From: Minisyncoccia bacterium
Lineage (GTDB): Bacteria > Patescibacteriota > Minisyncoccia > SW-4-49-11
Reading direction: 5' to 3'
Length of the DNA: 64,000 nucleotides
NCBI GenBank assembly: GCA_044356325.1
Contig: JBIKWJ010000002.1
Span: 94,327 to 158,326, forward strand
Within the stretch, counting starts at the first letter, position 1; each line of letters starts with the position of its first letter. The translations under genes and the position numbers were made by a program. A model generated the notes under the pieces. The model saw nothing but the letters and a program-made list of their open reading frames with translations, was not told the origin of the DNA and made no database searches. Below are positions 18,863 through 28,918 of this stretch, piece after piece.

Positions 18863-19663
18863 ATGACACAATCCCAAATTATATCCTTATTAAAAGAATA
18901 TCAGATAAAGCCCCTAGAGTCTTTATCCCAGAATTTTTTTATTGAAAAAGATTTGCTTATCAAAATTATTAACAAAATCAATATAGCCCCCAACTCCACT
19001 TTATTAGAAATAGGTCCAGGACTTGGCTCCCTCACCGAATTACTAGTACAGCAAAAAGTCCCCGTAATCGCGGTGGAACTGGATAAAACTTTTGCTTCTA
19101 TACTCCCTAGCATACTCGAGAATCCAGATAATCTCACCGTATATCATCAAGATATACTCAAATCCCAAGAGCTAATAGACACTATACAGACCCCTTATAC
19201 CGTAATAGCTAATATTCCTTATCATATTACGGGAGCTATAATTCGGCTACTGGTAGATAGAGATAATCCTGCCGATAGTATTAATCTCCTTATTCAAAAA
19301 GAGGTAGCCAATAATCTCTTATCTCATGAGAAATCCTTATTCCAACTTAGTGTCAATATATATGCCGATGTCAAACTTTTGTCCCATATAGCCAAGGAAT
19401 GCTTTTACCCCAAACCTAAGGTAGACTCTAGTTTTATACAACTCATACCCCATAATCGCTATGCCGAGTATAATCGAGAAGATATTATACAACTTGCCAA
19501 ATTAGCCTTTCAACAAAAGCGAAAGAAAATATCCTCTTCACTCAAACCCAAACTCACTCGACCGATAGGGGAGTATAGCTCCGAGATCCAAGCCCTCCTC
19601 TCACTCCGCCCCGAGAATCTAACTATAGATAATTGGATAGAGCTGTATCAGGGGTTGAAGTAA
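18863..19663 (+). CDS. rsmA: 16S rRNA m6,2A dimethyltransferase
   Basis: SQNF, EIGPGLG, ANIPYHIT, PKPKVDS motifs. Confidence 0.93.
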   Translation: MTQSQIISLLKEYQIKPLESLSQNFFIEKDLLIKIINKINIAPNSTLLEIGPGLGSLTELLVQQKVPVIAVELDKTFASILPSILENPDNLTVYHQDILKSQELIDTIQTPYTVIANIPYHITGAIIRLLVDRDNPADSINLLIQKEVANNLLSHEKSLFQLSVNIYADVKLLSHIAKECFYPKPKVDSSFIQLIPHNRYAEYNREDIIQLAKLAFQQKRKKISSSLKPKLTRPIGEYSSEIQALLSLRPENLTIDNWIELYQGLK

Positions 19664-19728
19664 AAAAAGACCCCGAACGCAGTTGCGAACGGGGCTTATT
19701 TTTTGGGGGAGTCTACTGAACCTAATGG

Positions 19729-20199
19729 TCAGTCGATAGGCTCTTCTGCCATAGGGATCTCTTCGATCCCGGAAAGAGTGAGAACAAACCTCTGCCAAGG
19801 ACGTTTGTAGTTGTAAGACTCGAAGACGAATCCTGGTACTGCTACCACCAATAGTCCCCCTTCACACCTCGCTTCCGAGGTGTGCCACACCTTAGGGGTG
19901 TGGCCAGTTACCTGGCGGAAACTGGCAGCCTTTATGAGAGCAACAACCCTATCATCACCTAGTGTGGTAACCTCAACCACACATTTGTTACCTGAACTTT
20001 GGAGCTTCGCTCCAGAAGGAGCAAAGGAGCTAAGAAAAATATCCTTTCCGTACTGGTAAAGGTACTTAATACCCTCTCCTTTAATACCAAGTGTTTTCCG
20101 GGTTGCTCCGGCTGAGTATATTTGTTCGGTCAGAGGCTCTGACCGAACATAGCCGGAACCGTAGTTTTGGAATCCCATAAGTCTGTTGCTAATGAACAT
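19729..20199 (-). CDS. Hypothetical protein (ORFan cassette)
   Basis: Promoter at 20211-20239; terminator at 19662-19703. Confidence 0.6.
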   Translation of the reverse strand: MFISNRLMGFQNYGSGYVRSEPLTEQIYSAGATRKTLGIKGEGIKYLYQYGKDIFLSSFAPSGAKLQSSGNKCVVEVTTLGDDRVVALIKAASFRQVTGHTPKVWHTSEARCEGGLLVVAVPGFVFESYNYKRPWQRFVLTLSGIEEIPMAEEPID

Positions 20200-20464
20200 T
20201 TACAAAAACAACCATATCACATTTTCCTCATTTTGTCAATGATTTTTGTCTAAAAGTTTTATAATATTTCTACGCAAAGTTTTTGTTTATTTTAAAATAT
20301 ATTCTTATATATAATTATGTGTTTTATATTTATGTCAAAACATAGAGTTTTCATTGTAATAATATAAAGTTAATAAAATGTAAACCCCGGAGATCACGAT
20401 GGATTCCGGGGTTCTATTCAGTTGTAGTTACGTATATTTACCAGACCTCGCCAGGTCTAGGAGC

Positions 20465-21391
20465 TCATGAGAGGAGATGTTTCTCCACCACGGCCACAAC
20501 CTCGTCGATAGTGAGCTTCGAGCTCACACCCTGTGGCGAGCCACCGATGGTCGGGGAACCACCCCAACCAGCCTCGAGAGTGTCGAGCTCCGCAAGCGCC
20601 GACTTGATGTCCGCGAACCCGCCAGAGAACTGGCAGATCGTAAACTTCTTGCAAGGCTCGCTCGGCCCCTGCCTGAAACTCGGGTTGAGCGCGACTACTA
20701 CTGGAGCAAGGGCATACCCAATGCTGAGAGCAGCACGATGCGTACTCTCTACCACCGCAATGAGGCCAAAGGAGACCATCTCGTACCTGATAGTTCCGCT
20801 TTCGAGAGCGGTGATCATGTCGATCCGCTCCCTCTCGACCTGTGTGCGATACTGTTCGGGTTCCTCACCCGCGAGCAGCCACAACTCCATCGTGGCAACA
20901 CGGTCAGCCAGCGGAACCCTGAAGTCCATGACTGCTGCCGCGATCGCCGCGAGATGGCGGGAAGACTCGGCCGTCGCCGTCTCCTCTATCCACGGGTTGT
21001 CCCGGGTCGGGAGGGGCTTCGGGCCAGAGTAGCCGCCACGCGCGAACTTGTCCGAGGTGGCGACCATCGTGACTCGCTCCATCGCGGGCTCGAGGCTTTC
21101 GCCATTCGCCCGGAGATTGAAGAGCGCCATCGCTCCGACCGCGTCGAGATCGGCGCGAACCGTCGCGAGAGTCGAGCCCTCGGGCGGAAGCTCCGCCGTC
21201 AGCGCGTCCTCGATGGCCGCACGATTGGCGTCACCGCCCGTGTGCTGGGGGTCGATGTTGAAGGTGCAACGCTCTGCGAGCGAGGGCACTGTCACTTCGA
21301 TCCCATAGACGGGGTTAGCGAACACCTTGTCGTTGGCCTCCGTGGCAGCCGAAATGTTGCGGGGGTCGAGAGTTGCGAAGCTGTAAACCAT
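20465..21391 (-). CDS. GC-rich hypothetical protein, possibly a divergent DHH-superfamily phosphoesterase
   Basis: IDPQH, DLD and WGG..GGSP motifs; strong GC3 bias on this strand; start could be up to 21406. Confidence 0.7.
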   Translation of the reverse strand: MVYSFATLDPRNISAATEANDKVFANPVYGIEVTVPSLAERCTFNIDPQHTGGDANRAAIEDALTAELPPEGSTLATVRADLDAVGAMALFNLRANGESLEPAMERVTMVATSDKFARGGYSGPKPLPTRDNPWIEETATAESSRHLAAIAAAVMDFRVPLADRVATMELWLLAGEEPEQYRTQVERERIDMITALESGTIRYEMVSFGLIAVVESTHRAALSIGYALAPVVVALNPSFRQGPSEPCKKFTICQFSGGFADIKSALAELDTLEAGWGGSPTIGGSPQGVSSKLTIDEVVAVVEKHLLS

Positions 21392-21604
21392 GATAATGAA
21401 CTCCAAATGATTGGATTACGAAAACAACTATATCACATTTTCCTATTTTTGTCAATAGGTGTTGTGTGTATTGTGTTTTATTCACTTTAAACACACCTAT
21501 TTATTACCTTTATTGCTTGACTTTATTGATATTTTTATTTTGTTATAGTTTTTTGTTTTTATTGGAGTTTATATAGTGAGTGAGGTGAATAATACTTGTA
21601 TTTC

Positions 21605-22021
21605 GTAGGGGCGACCTTTCAGTCGCCTATTTGTTCTAAAAATTCCCCTCTTGAGGGGTGCCCGTAGGGCGGGGTGGATAAAATATATTACTGAATTTTA
21701 CTCAAACACCATAGTATAGTTTTAATAACTATCCACCTCCGCCGTCGCAAATGGGATTTGCTCCTGTGAAACCTCACAGATTTGGCCAACCTTCCTCCAC
21801 GGGAAAACTCCCGTTTTCCCGACCCCTTTCCCGTGCCACCTCCTCCATTTATCTACCGTAGGTAGAAAGGAGGACAGTATATTTTTCCACCCCGTCCAGC
21901 GAAGCTGTACACCCCTCAAGAGGGGAATTTAGCTCAGTCCACCTCCGGTCACTCCTAGTGTGAACAAAATACCCCAATCCCTTCACAACAAAAACACGGG
22001 CAACTGCAAGATTGCCCCTAC
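21605..22021. repeat. Large nested repeat cluster (REP D, A, B containing the tRNA-linked core and insert F, A, REP D)
   Basis: Two REP D copies in inverted orientation (21605 and about 21998-22021) bracket the cluster. Confidence 0.8.
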
Positions 22022-22109
22022 GGGTGTATTTGATAATTTTGTGAGAAATGAAAAAACCCGTCTGGTGAGAGACGGGTTCAACTGATTACTCAACTGATTA
22101 CTCAATCAT

Positions 22110-22343
22110 TTAGATCGGTATTATTTGTACTGCAACTATTTTTCTAAACCTCCGAATAGGACGAACTACAGCTATTGTTGACAGATTTTGACATATAGTC
22201 TTTATAACTCTTTCAACTTCTTCAAAATCAACTTTATAATTTATAAATTGAATTACTTCAACCATTCCACTTATTATACAATTTCTTATTTGAGTCATTA
22301 AAGATATACAAGCAACATCTTGAACTGTTGAGGTGTAGGCCAT
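22110..22343 (-). CDS. Small hypothetical protein (ORFan cassette)
   Basis: TTGACC..ATGGTATATA promoter; terminator at 22051-22078. Confidence 0.55.
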   Translation of the reverse strand: MAYTSTVQDVACISLMTQIRNCIISGMVEVIQFINYKVDFEEVERVIKTICQNLSTIAVVRPIRRFRKIVAVQIIPI

Positions 22344-22526
22344 GGTGTCAGTGAAAATGAACACAAAATAATATATACCATATTTGAGTTTATAGGTCAA
22401 GCATATATATGATATAGGTGTTAATAAAAAATAAGCCGACACATAGTGTCGGCTGAGGGTGTGAGATGGGGTTTTTTACCCCCAATGCGGGACGAATGTC
22501 CCGAAATTTATTTAGTTGTGTGTGGA

Positions 22527-22703
22527 TCAATCGTCGCCATCAAGGCTTTCTCCGGAGTCAGGGTCAGTGGTGCCGTCGGAGTCAGGGTCAGTGGTGCCGT
22601 CGGAGTCAGGGTCGCTAGGTTCTTCGCTTCCTTGCTGGGGTTGCTGTTGGAGCTGTTCTTGTGCGGTGGCGGTGGGGTCGAGAACTGCGATTGCTGCGGA
22701 CAT
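22527..22703 (-). CDS. 58-aa acidic peptide with DPDSDGTT repeats (absent from ORF track)
   Basis: GGAG RBS; TTGACA promoter at about 22767-22795; terminator at 22427-22455; 24-bp tandem repeat. Confidence 0.65.
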   Translation of the reverse strand: MSAAIAVLDPTATAQEQLQQQPQQGSEEPSDPDSDGTTDPDSDGTTDPDSGESLDGDD

Positions 22704-22854
22704 TGTACTCCATATGAGAAGTGATGCCCAGATCTAGATCAAAAAGATCTTAGCTGGACATGTATAAATATATTATAATCTGTAATTCTTGTCAAGAGTA
22801 AATTTTACTCTTATTTACTCTTACAAAAAATATATTTTATGTTATACTTTTTAT

Positions 22855-23532
22855 ATGGCTAATAAAAAATCAAATATCAAAAATTCGCCGGAGACTAGTA
22901 CGCAAAAGTACTTATCTATCGACACTATTCAAGACAGCGTAGTAATTCTCAAAGATGGGGGATTGAGGGCTGTTTTGATGACGTCTTCCATTAATTTTGA
23001 CCTCAAATCTTCTGATGAGCAAGATGCTATTATTTATGCCTATCAGAATTTTATTAATTCTCTTGACTTCCCTCTTCAAATACAGGTGAGCTCCAGGGTT
23101 TTGAATATTAATGGTTATGTCAATTATCTTTCTGAATTTCAACAAACTCAGCAAAATGATTTGTTACGTCTTCAGATTGGAGAATACTCTCAATTTATTC
23201 AAGAATTAGTTACAGATGCTAATATTGTAAATAAAACTTTTTATGTAATAATTCCTTTTGATCCTGTTGAGACAAAAGAGGGTCTTTTTGATAAGCTTAG
23301 CAATGCGCTTAATCCAAAAATTGCAGTCCGTTATAAAAAAGAAGAGTTTGAAAAGTACAAAACTCAGCTTTGGCAAAGAGTAAATGGGGTTATGTATGGA
23401 CTTAAAAGAGCCGGAATCTATATGACTCCTCTTAATACGCAAGAATTAATTGAATTATATTATTCTTTTTATAATCCTGATTCCAGACCCACCGAGTCCC
23501 TTCATGATTTGGCTGAATTAGATATTACCTAA
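22855..23532 (+). CDS. PrgI/TraC-like VirB4-associated protein
   Basis: SINFDLKS.DEQ..FINSLDFPLQI; directly upstream of VirB4. Confidence 0.75.
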   Translation: MANKKSNIKNSPETSTQKYLSIDTIQDSVVILKDGGLRAVLMTSSINFDLKSSDEQDAIIYAYQNFINSLDFPLQIQVSSRVLNINGYVNYLSEFQQTQQNDLLRLQIGEYSQFIQELVTDANIVNKTFYVIIPFDPVETKEGLFDKLSNALNPKIAVRYKKEEFEKYKTQLWQRVNGVMYGLKRAGIYMTPLNTQELIELYYSFYNPDSRPTESLHDLAELDIT

Positions 23533-23536
23533 TACT

Positions 23537-25366
23537 ATGGCATCCAAGCAAGCACAAACTAATCCAGAAATTGCTGATTTCCTCAAGGGCCAAAATACTC
23601 TTCGAGATCTTTTGGCACCCGCGAGTATTTTGGTAGATCCCAAATATATTCAAATTGGATCTCAATTTGCTCGTACTATTTTTGTGATGACATATCCTCG
23701 ATTTCTCGTCACAGGATGGTTTAGCCCACTTATTACTCTTGATTATGTCTTGGATATTTCTATGTTCCTCTATCCTATGGATAGTGGGGTTATATTAAAG
23801 AATCTGAGAACTCAAGTAACCCGTTTTCAAGCTCAAATTAGTATTGCACAAGAAAAAGGTCTCGTGCGAGATCCCATGGTGGAAACCGCTTATCAGGATG
23901 CGGAGAATCTCAGAGACCAATTACAACAGGGTACTGAGAGATTTTTCCGCTTTGGGCTCTATATTACGGTTTATGCAGATAGTCTTCCTCAATTAGAGAA
24001 GAATATTTCTCAGATAGATAGTATGCTTCAAACCAAAATGGTATATTCTAAACCTTGTTTATTCCAAACTGAACAGGGTTTTCAATCGACTATTCCTCTT
24101 CTCAAAGATGATTTAGCCATTGCTAATAATCTTAATACTTCACCCCTATCTACTACATTTCCTTTTATTTCAGCTAGTATTTCCTCTAATAAAGGGATTT
24201 TGTATGGAATTAATCGCCATAATAATAGCCTTATTCTCTTTGATAGATTTTCTATGGAAAATGCCAATGAGGTTATTTTTGCCAAATCAGGAGCGGGGAA
24301 AAGTTATCTTGCTAAGCTTGAAATATTGAGGCATCTGATGCTCAATATTGATGTTCTGGTTATTGATCCTGAAAATGAATATTCTTATCTTACTGAGGCA
24401 GTTGGTGGAACATTTATCAAAATATCTCTCAATTCTAATCAACATATTAATCCTTTTGATTTACCAAATCCTCGTGATGATGAGAATCCTGCCGATTTAC
24501 TCAAATCTAATATTGCGGACTTATTAAGTATGCTCAAATTAATGCTTGAGGGGAGAAATGATGAGGACAAATTCCACGCTGAAGAAGAGGCTATACTAGA
24601 CCGAGCTCTTTATGAGACATATGCCAGCAAAGATATTAGCATTGAATCTCCTAATTATGAAAATAAAGAAATTCCAACTCTTTCTGATTTAGAAAACATT
24701 CTCAATAATATGGAGGGGGGAGAAAGCCTTGCTATTCGTCTTTCCAAATATACTACTGGGAGTTTTAGCGGGTTTATCAATGAGCCTACCAATATTAATT
24801 TTGCCAATCAGCTCGTAGTATTCAATACTCGAGATATGGAGGACGAATTACAGCCATTAGCTATGTTTATCGTAACTCAATATATTTGGAAAGAGGTAAG
24901 AAGAACTCTCAAAAAGCGTATTCTAGTAGTAGATGAAGCTTGGGTGATGATGAAGGATAAATCAGTAGCTTCATTCCTATTCTCACTCGCCAAAAGAGCT
25001 CGTAAATATTATCTTGGACTTACCACTATTACTCAGGATATTGCTGATTTTCTCGCCTCAGAATACGGAAAAGCAATTTTGACCAACTCTTCTATACAAA
25101 TTCTCCTCAAACAATCTCCTGCCTCTATAGATATTATTAAAGATACTTTTTATCTTACTGAAGAGGAAAAATTCCTTCTTCTCGAGTCAGATGTGGGAGA
25201 AGGAATATTTTTTGCGGGACTAAAACATGCTGCTATCAAAGTAGTAGCCTCATATGGAGAGGATCAGATAATCACCTCAGATCCGGAACAATTACTCAGA
25301 ATCCAGGCTGCCAAAGCTCAAATCACTGAGGAAGGAAATTCCGACCCATTCTCATTAAATTTATAA
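23537..25366 (+). CDS. VirB4-like type IV secretion ATPase
   Basis: AKSGAGKS, IDPENEY, INPFD, VDEAW, KRARKY, TITQD motifs. Confidence 0.92.
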   Translation: MASKQAQTNPEIADFLKGQNTLRDLLAPASILVDPKYIQIGSQFARTIFVMTYPRFLVTGWFSPLITLDYVLDISMFLYPMDSGVILKNLRTQVTRFQAQISIAQEKGLVRDPMVETAYQDAENLRDQLQQGTERFFRFGLYITVYADSLPQLEKNISQIDSMLQTKMVYSKPCLFQTEQGFQSTIPLLKDDLAIANNLNTSPLSTTFPFISASISSNKGILYGINRHNNSLILFDRFSMENANEVIFAKSGAGKSYLAKLEILRHLMLNIDVLVIDPENEYSYLTEAVGGTFIKISLNSNQHINPFDLPNPRDDENPADLLKSNIADLLSMLKLMLEGRNDEDKFHAEEEAILDRALYETYASKDISIESPNYENKEIPTLSDLENILNNMEGGESLAIRLSKYTTGSFSGFINEPTNINFANQLVVFNTRDMEDELQPLAMFIVTQYIWKEVRRTLKKRILVVDEAWVMMKDKSVASFLFSLAKRARKYYLGLTTITQDIADFLASEYGKAILTNSSIQILLKQSPASIDIIKDTFYLTEEEKFLLLESDVGEGIFFAGLKHAAIKVVASYGEDQIITSDPEQLLRIQAAKAQITEEGNSDPFSLNL

Positions 25367-25372
25367 CATAAT

Positions 25373-26491
25373 ATGAAATTCTTCAAAAACAAAATAGTAC
25401 TTATAATCACCATTGGAGTTATACCACTTATTATTATCGGTATACTTATTTTTGGATATATTGGTAATCGTAATACCGAAAAAGCAACTGATACCGCTAA
25501 GACTGAGAATAAGCCAGCAGATACTACTCGTCCTGCTACCAAAGTTTCAGATAAAGCCATTGTTAATGCTACTATTGATGCTAGTAATAGTATAAAATAT
25601 TATTCTCTTGATAAAGGACAAACTTTTCAAATTCCTGCCAGTGGAGGGGATGCCAAAATATTAGATGAGACCAGTTTAGCTGGTATAACTTCAGTTGAGT
25701 GGGCACCCACAGCCCCCTATGTATTGACCCAAATCAAAGATAGAGTATATGCCTTTAATTATAGCACTCGCAAATCTTTTGCATTTCCTATTGATGTGAT
25801 ATCAGGGCAATTCCTCTCAGATAATCGAGTTTTTTATACCTTTAAAAATAATGCTGTGGGAGGAGATGCTGCTGTTGAGCTATCAGTAAGTAATCCTGAT
25901 GGGACAGATTGGAAAAAAATTATTACTCTTACTTCTAGCGCGGTATATCTCAAAGGAATTCCCTTTCAGAATAGTATAAGTCAAACTCTTATTCCTAGTA
26001 GCTATAGAGCTTCTGCTTTAAGGATTATCGATATCAATACTGGGGAAGCAAAATCTGTATTAGAAGAAAAAAATGGACTGAATGTATCTTGGTCTCCAGA
26101 TGGAGAAAAAGGAATTATCTCCTATACCACTGAGCGCGGAGGATCTACATTAGGTCTTTCTGTAATCAATAAAACAGGTATTGAAGTTGCTAAAATTGAA
26201 AATGTAGGCACAATAGCTGAAAAAATTGCTTGGAGCCCAGATAGTAAAACAGCCTATTTTACCAAAGCAGAAGTTGCTAATACCAAAATTCTTCCTGATG
26301 ATTATTATAGTTCTAATCTTGGAGACTTTAATGAAAGTTTATACAAAGTAGATATTGCAACCGCCACCGCTTCACAATTATCCACCAATATTGGAAATGT
26401 TGATTCTAAAGATTTATTCCTCAATGCCGCGGGAACAGAATTATTCTTTACCAATCGCAAAGATAATAATTTGTATAAAGTATCTTTGTAG
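25373..26491 (+). CDS. Membrane-anchored TolB-like beta-propeller protein
   Basis: N-terminal TM; WSPDG/WSPDS repeats. Confidence 0.75.
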   Translation: MKFFKNKIVLIITIGVIPLIIIGILIFGYIGNRNTEKATDTAKTENKPADTTRPATKVSDKAIVNATIDASNSIKYYSLDKGQTFQIPASGGDAKILDETSLAGITSVEWAPTAPYVLTQIKDRVYAFNYSTRKSFAFPIDVISGQFLSDNRVFYTFKNNAVGGDAAVELSVSNPDGTDWKKIITLTSSAVYLKGIPFQNSISQTLIPSSYRASALRIIDINTGEAKSVLEEKNGLNVSWSPDGEKGIISYTTERGGSTLGLSVINKTGIEVAKIENVGTIAEKIAWSPDSKTAYFTKAEVANTKILPDDYYSSNLGDFNESLYKVDIATATASQLSTNIGNVDSKDLFLNAAGTELFFTNRKDNNLYKVSL

Positions 26492-26654
26492 TATAGAATT
26501 ATAAAGCTCCCCCCAAACCTAGCCCATCAGCTAGGCTTTTTTATTTTGAAGTATCTTTAAGATCATATCCATGACAAGATATATTGTCTATTACTATTGA
26601 CATTTTGTAATTTTTGTGATATAGTCTTTTTTGTACCTTGCAATTGGAGCCGTT

Positions 26655-27038
26655 ATGGCTATCCATATCATCAAAAACCTTCTTGCTAAAATCAATGGGC
26701 AAGAAAGAAGGCAAAGAGAGGTGACGATAATCCGCTTCCGTGATCATAAAGTCACTGCCAGACTATTGGCAATTGCCCTAGAAAAAGGTATGGAATTAGT
26801 TCCAAATTTTCTAGACCTCACTGATTATATCACATATTTAACTTTGACTTTTAAAGACAACACTACTCTCAGTATCTTTCTCCTACCTGAATTAAGAAAA
26901 TTTGGTTTTGAGAAACAAGCAGACTCATTAGGGGCTGTAACGGATAATTGGTATCTACCATTATCTAAAAATGAGTCCGCTATGAAAGAATATATCAAAC
27001 TATTATGGGATCTTTTCCACACACCAGATCCCCAATGA
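26655..27038 (+). CDS. Hypothetical protein (ORFan cassette)
   Basis: TTGACA..TGTGATATAGT promoter; GGAG RBS; terminator AGCCGTAG/CTACGGCT. Confidence 0.65.
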   Translation: MAIHIIKNLLAKINGQERRQREVTIIRFRDHKVTARLLAIALEKGMELVPNFLDLTDYITYLTLTFKDNTTLSIFLLPELRKFGFEKQADSLGAVTDNWYLPLSKNESAMKEYIKLLWDLFHTPDPQ

Positions 27039-27172
27039 GCTAGCCTTGGCTCAATCCACAAAAGCCGTAGTATCACTACGGCTTTTTTCTTTTCACTACA
27101 CCAAAAACTTTACAAAAATTATTTTATATGCTATTTTTTGATAGTACTAAAAAGTCAAGGAGGGTTTAGGCT

Positions 27173-27646
27173 ATGTCTGTGACAATCACAGGTGTAAGTT
27201 TCACAACATTAGATACACATACAAGACAACCTACAGCATATCCTGCTCAAGGTTCTGATGAAATCTACCTTCTACCAAGTGGAGCTGAATTTAGGGTAAC
27301 AGGAAATAATGACTTTATTGCATATCCTACCGTTTCCCAATTCATAACCTTATTTCCAAAATTAATTGGTATTAAAAGATTATGGCCATGGCAAGGTTTG
27401 GGTTGTATTCTTAATACTTGGTTTAACATTAGTATAAGTAATAAAAACCCTGAAATTCATTGTGAATTTCGTGTTGATACTTTGGGCAATATATTTGCAT
27501 ACTATGCTTCTCCTTTAATGATAGTTAGACTTTGGAAATATGAGGGTATTTATTACATTGAAATTGTAGTTCCCCGTGATAGTAGAGATGGGTACTATTA
27601 CAATATTATAAGAAATGCTATCGGATTGCATAAAGTATTGAGGTAA
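27173..27646 (+). CDS. Hypothetical protein (ORFan cassette)
   Basis: TTTACA..ATGCTATTTT promoter; AAGGAGG RBS. Confidence 0.65.
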   Translation: MSVTITGVSFTTLDTHTRQPTAYPAQGSDEIYLLPSGAEFRVTGNNDFIAYPTVSQFITLFPKLIGIKRLWPWQGLGCILNTWFNISISNKNPEIHCEFRVDTLGNIFAYYASPLMIVRLWKYEGIYYIEIVVPRDSRDGYYYNIIRNAIGLHKVLR

Positions 27647-27697
27647 TTAAGAGAATAGAGCCACTTACCACCTAAAAACCAAGTAACTCTTACTGAG

Positions 27698-28918
27698 TTA
27701 CTTTTTCCTTTTCCCCACAACTCCATACAAAATCACGAGGAATACTAGAGACAAATCATTTTTCCAGAAAGGCGTATCCAATATCCCATACAAGAATATA
27801 GAGATAAGGCTGAGGCTTAGCCAATACAAATCCCATTTACCATCGCGAATTGCCCCAATAAGTCGAGATATAGTAAATCTCAATACAGCAATAAGCCAGA
27901 TAATTCCTCCCATACCCAGATGTAACCAAAAAGCAAAATAGAGATTATGAGGTTCAGGAACTAGCCATTCATAAGGGGGGAAATATTTCTGAGGAATAAT
28001 CTCTGTGTATACTCGCTGAAAATCAGCAAGCCCAATGCCGAGAATAGGGGACTGAACTATCATAGTGGTTGCGGTATCCCAAATTTGAGCCCTGGTAGTA
28101 ATAGAATTACGATTATCCATATCGAGTAAGGTTTTGAATTTAGGCGTATTCATTTGCCAAATTCCAAAGAGTAATATTCCTAATATTCCCAAAGCTACAA
28201 TACTCGGTTTTATTAATGGTTTGGATATTTTTCCATTATTCTTGCGTCTCAATACTAATCGAGTGATTCCCCATATAGCAAACACCCCTGCGAGGGCAAA
28301 TATTCCCGCGTATGATTGAGTTATAATAATTCCAGTAAATAATATCGTACCGATGGTATATCTGAGTTCCACAGGCAAATTCTTGCGAGATAGAGTAAGT
28401 ACAAATATTGGAACCAGATACATCGCAATATAATTGGAAAATCCCCCCTGAGCCACGGCAGAATCAAGTCCCAGAGCATAGAGAGCAGTAGGTCGGAAGC
28501 TTGAATTAAAGCCCATTACCACCACTTGTACTATAGATATAATAGCGACGACCACCCCAGAGCCAATAATTCCTCTCAACAATACCCGATAGGCATCTCT
28601 CTTAAGTTGTGAGACTATCCAAATCAATAGTATTGGTAATACAAAATAAGCCTTCCAAACACCTAAACTTCCTCGCAAATCCTGACTAACAATAACCCCA
28701 ATAGTAGCTAATAGGAGGAGACTCCCAAACACCACAAATTCTCGACTTTGATAAGTCTCTAATTTGACAAGAGAAGACCAGTTTTTGTATTGTAATAAGA
28801 ATATTAAAGCCACAAAAGCAATAGCAACTTCTAATATATTCGTCGGTATTCCCAAAATAGGAAATCGTATAATATAAAGTGGAATAATAAGCCCAAGTAT
28901 AAAAAGTAATTTGTTCAT
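27698..28918 (-). CDS. O-antigen ligase family protein
   Basis: Multi-TM; R..IW, PILGIG, PHNLY motifs. Confidence 0.85.
   Translation of the reverse strand: MNKLLFILGLIIPLYIIRFPILGIPTNILEVAIAFVALIFLLQYKNWSSLVKLETYQSREFVVFGSLLLLATIGVIVSQDLRGSLGVWKAYFVLPILLIWIVSQLKRDAYRVLLRGIIGSGVVVAIISIVQVVVMGFNSSFRPTALYALGLDSAVAQGGFSNYIAMYLVPIFVLTLSRKNLPVELRYTIGTILFTGIIITQSYAGIFALAGVFAIWGITRLVLRRKNNGKISKPLIKPSIVALGILGILLFGIWQMNTPKFKTLLDMDNRNSITTRAQIWDTATTMIVQSPILGIGLADFQRVYTEIIPQKYFPPYEWLVPEPHNLYFAFWLHLGMGGIIWLIAVLRFTISRLIGAIRDGKWDLYWLSLSLISIFLYGILDTPFWKNDLSLVFLVILYGVVGKRKK

Noticed and set aside
20477-21490. Long plus-strand ORFs (337, 173 and 86 aa)
   Set aside because: Antisense shadows of the GC-rich minus-strand gene, which has the promoter, RBS and terminator.
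22078-22105. 12-bp tandem repeat TCAACTGATTAC
   Set aside because: Only two copies in a 3' UTR; likely simple slippage.
22446-22737. Plus-strand repeat-containing ORFs (92 and 73 aa)
   Set aside because: Expression signals support the minus-strand 58-aa ORF instead.
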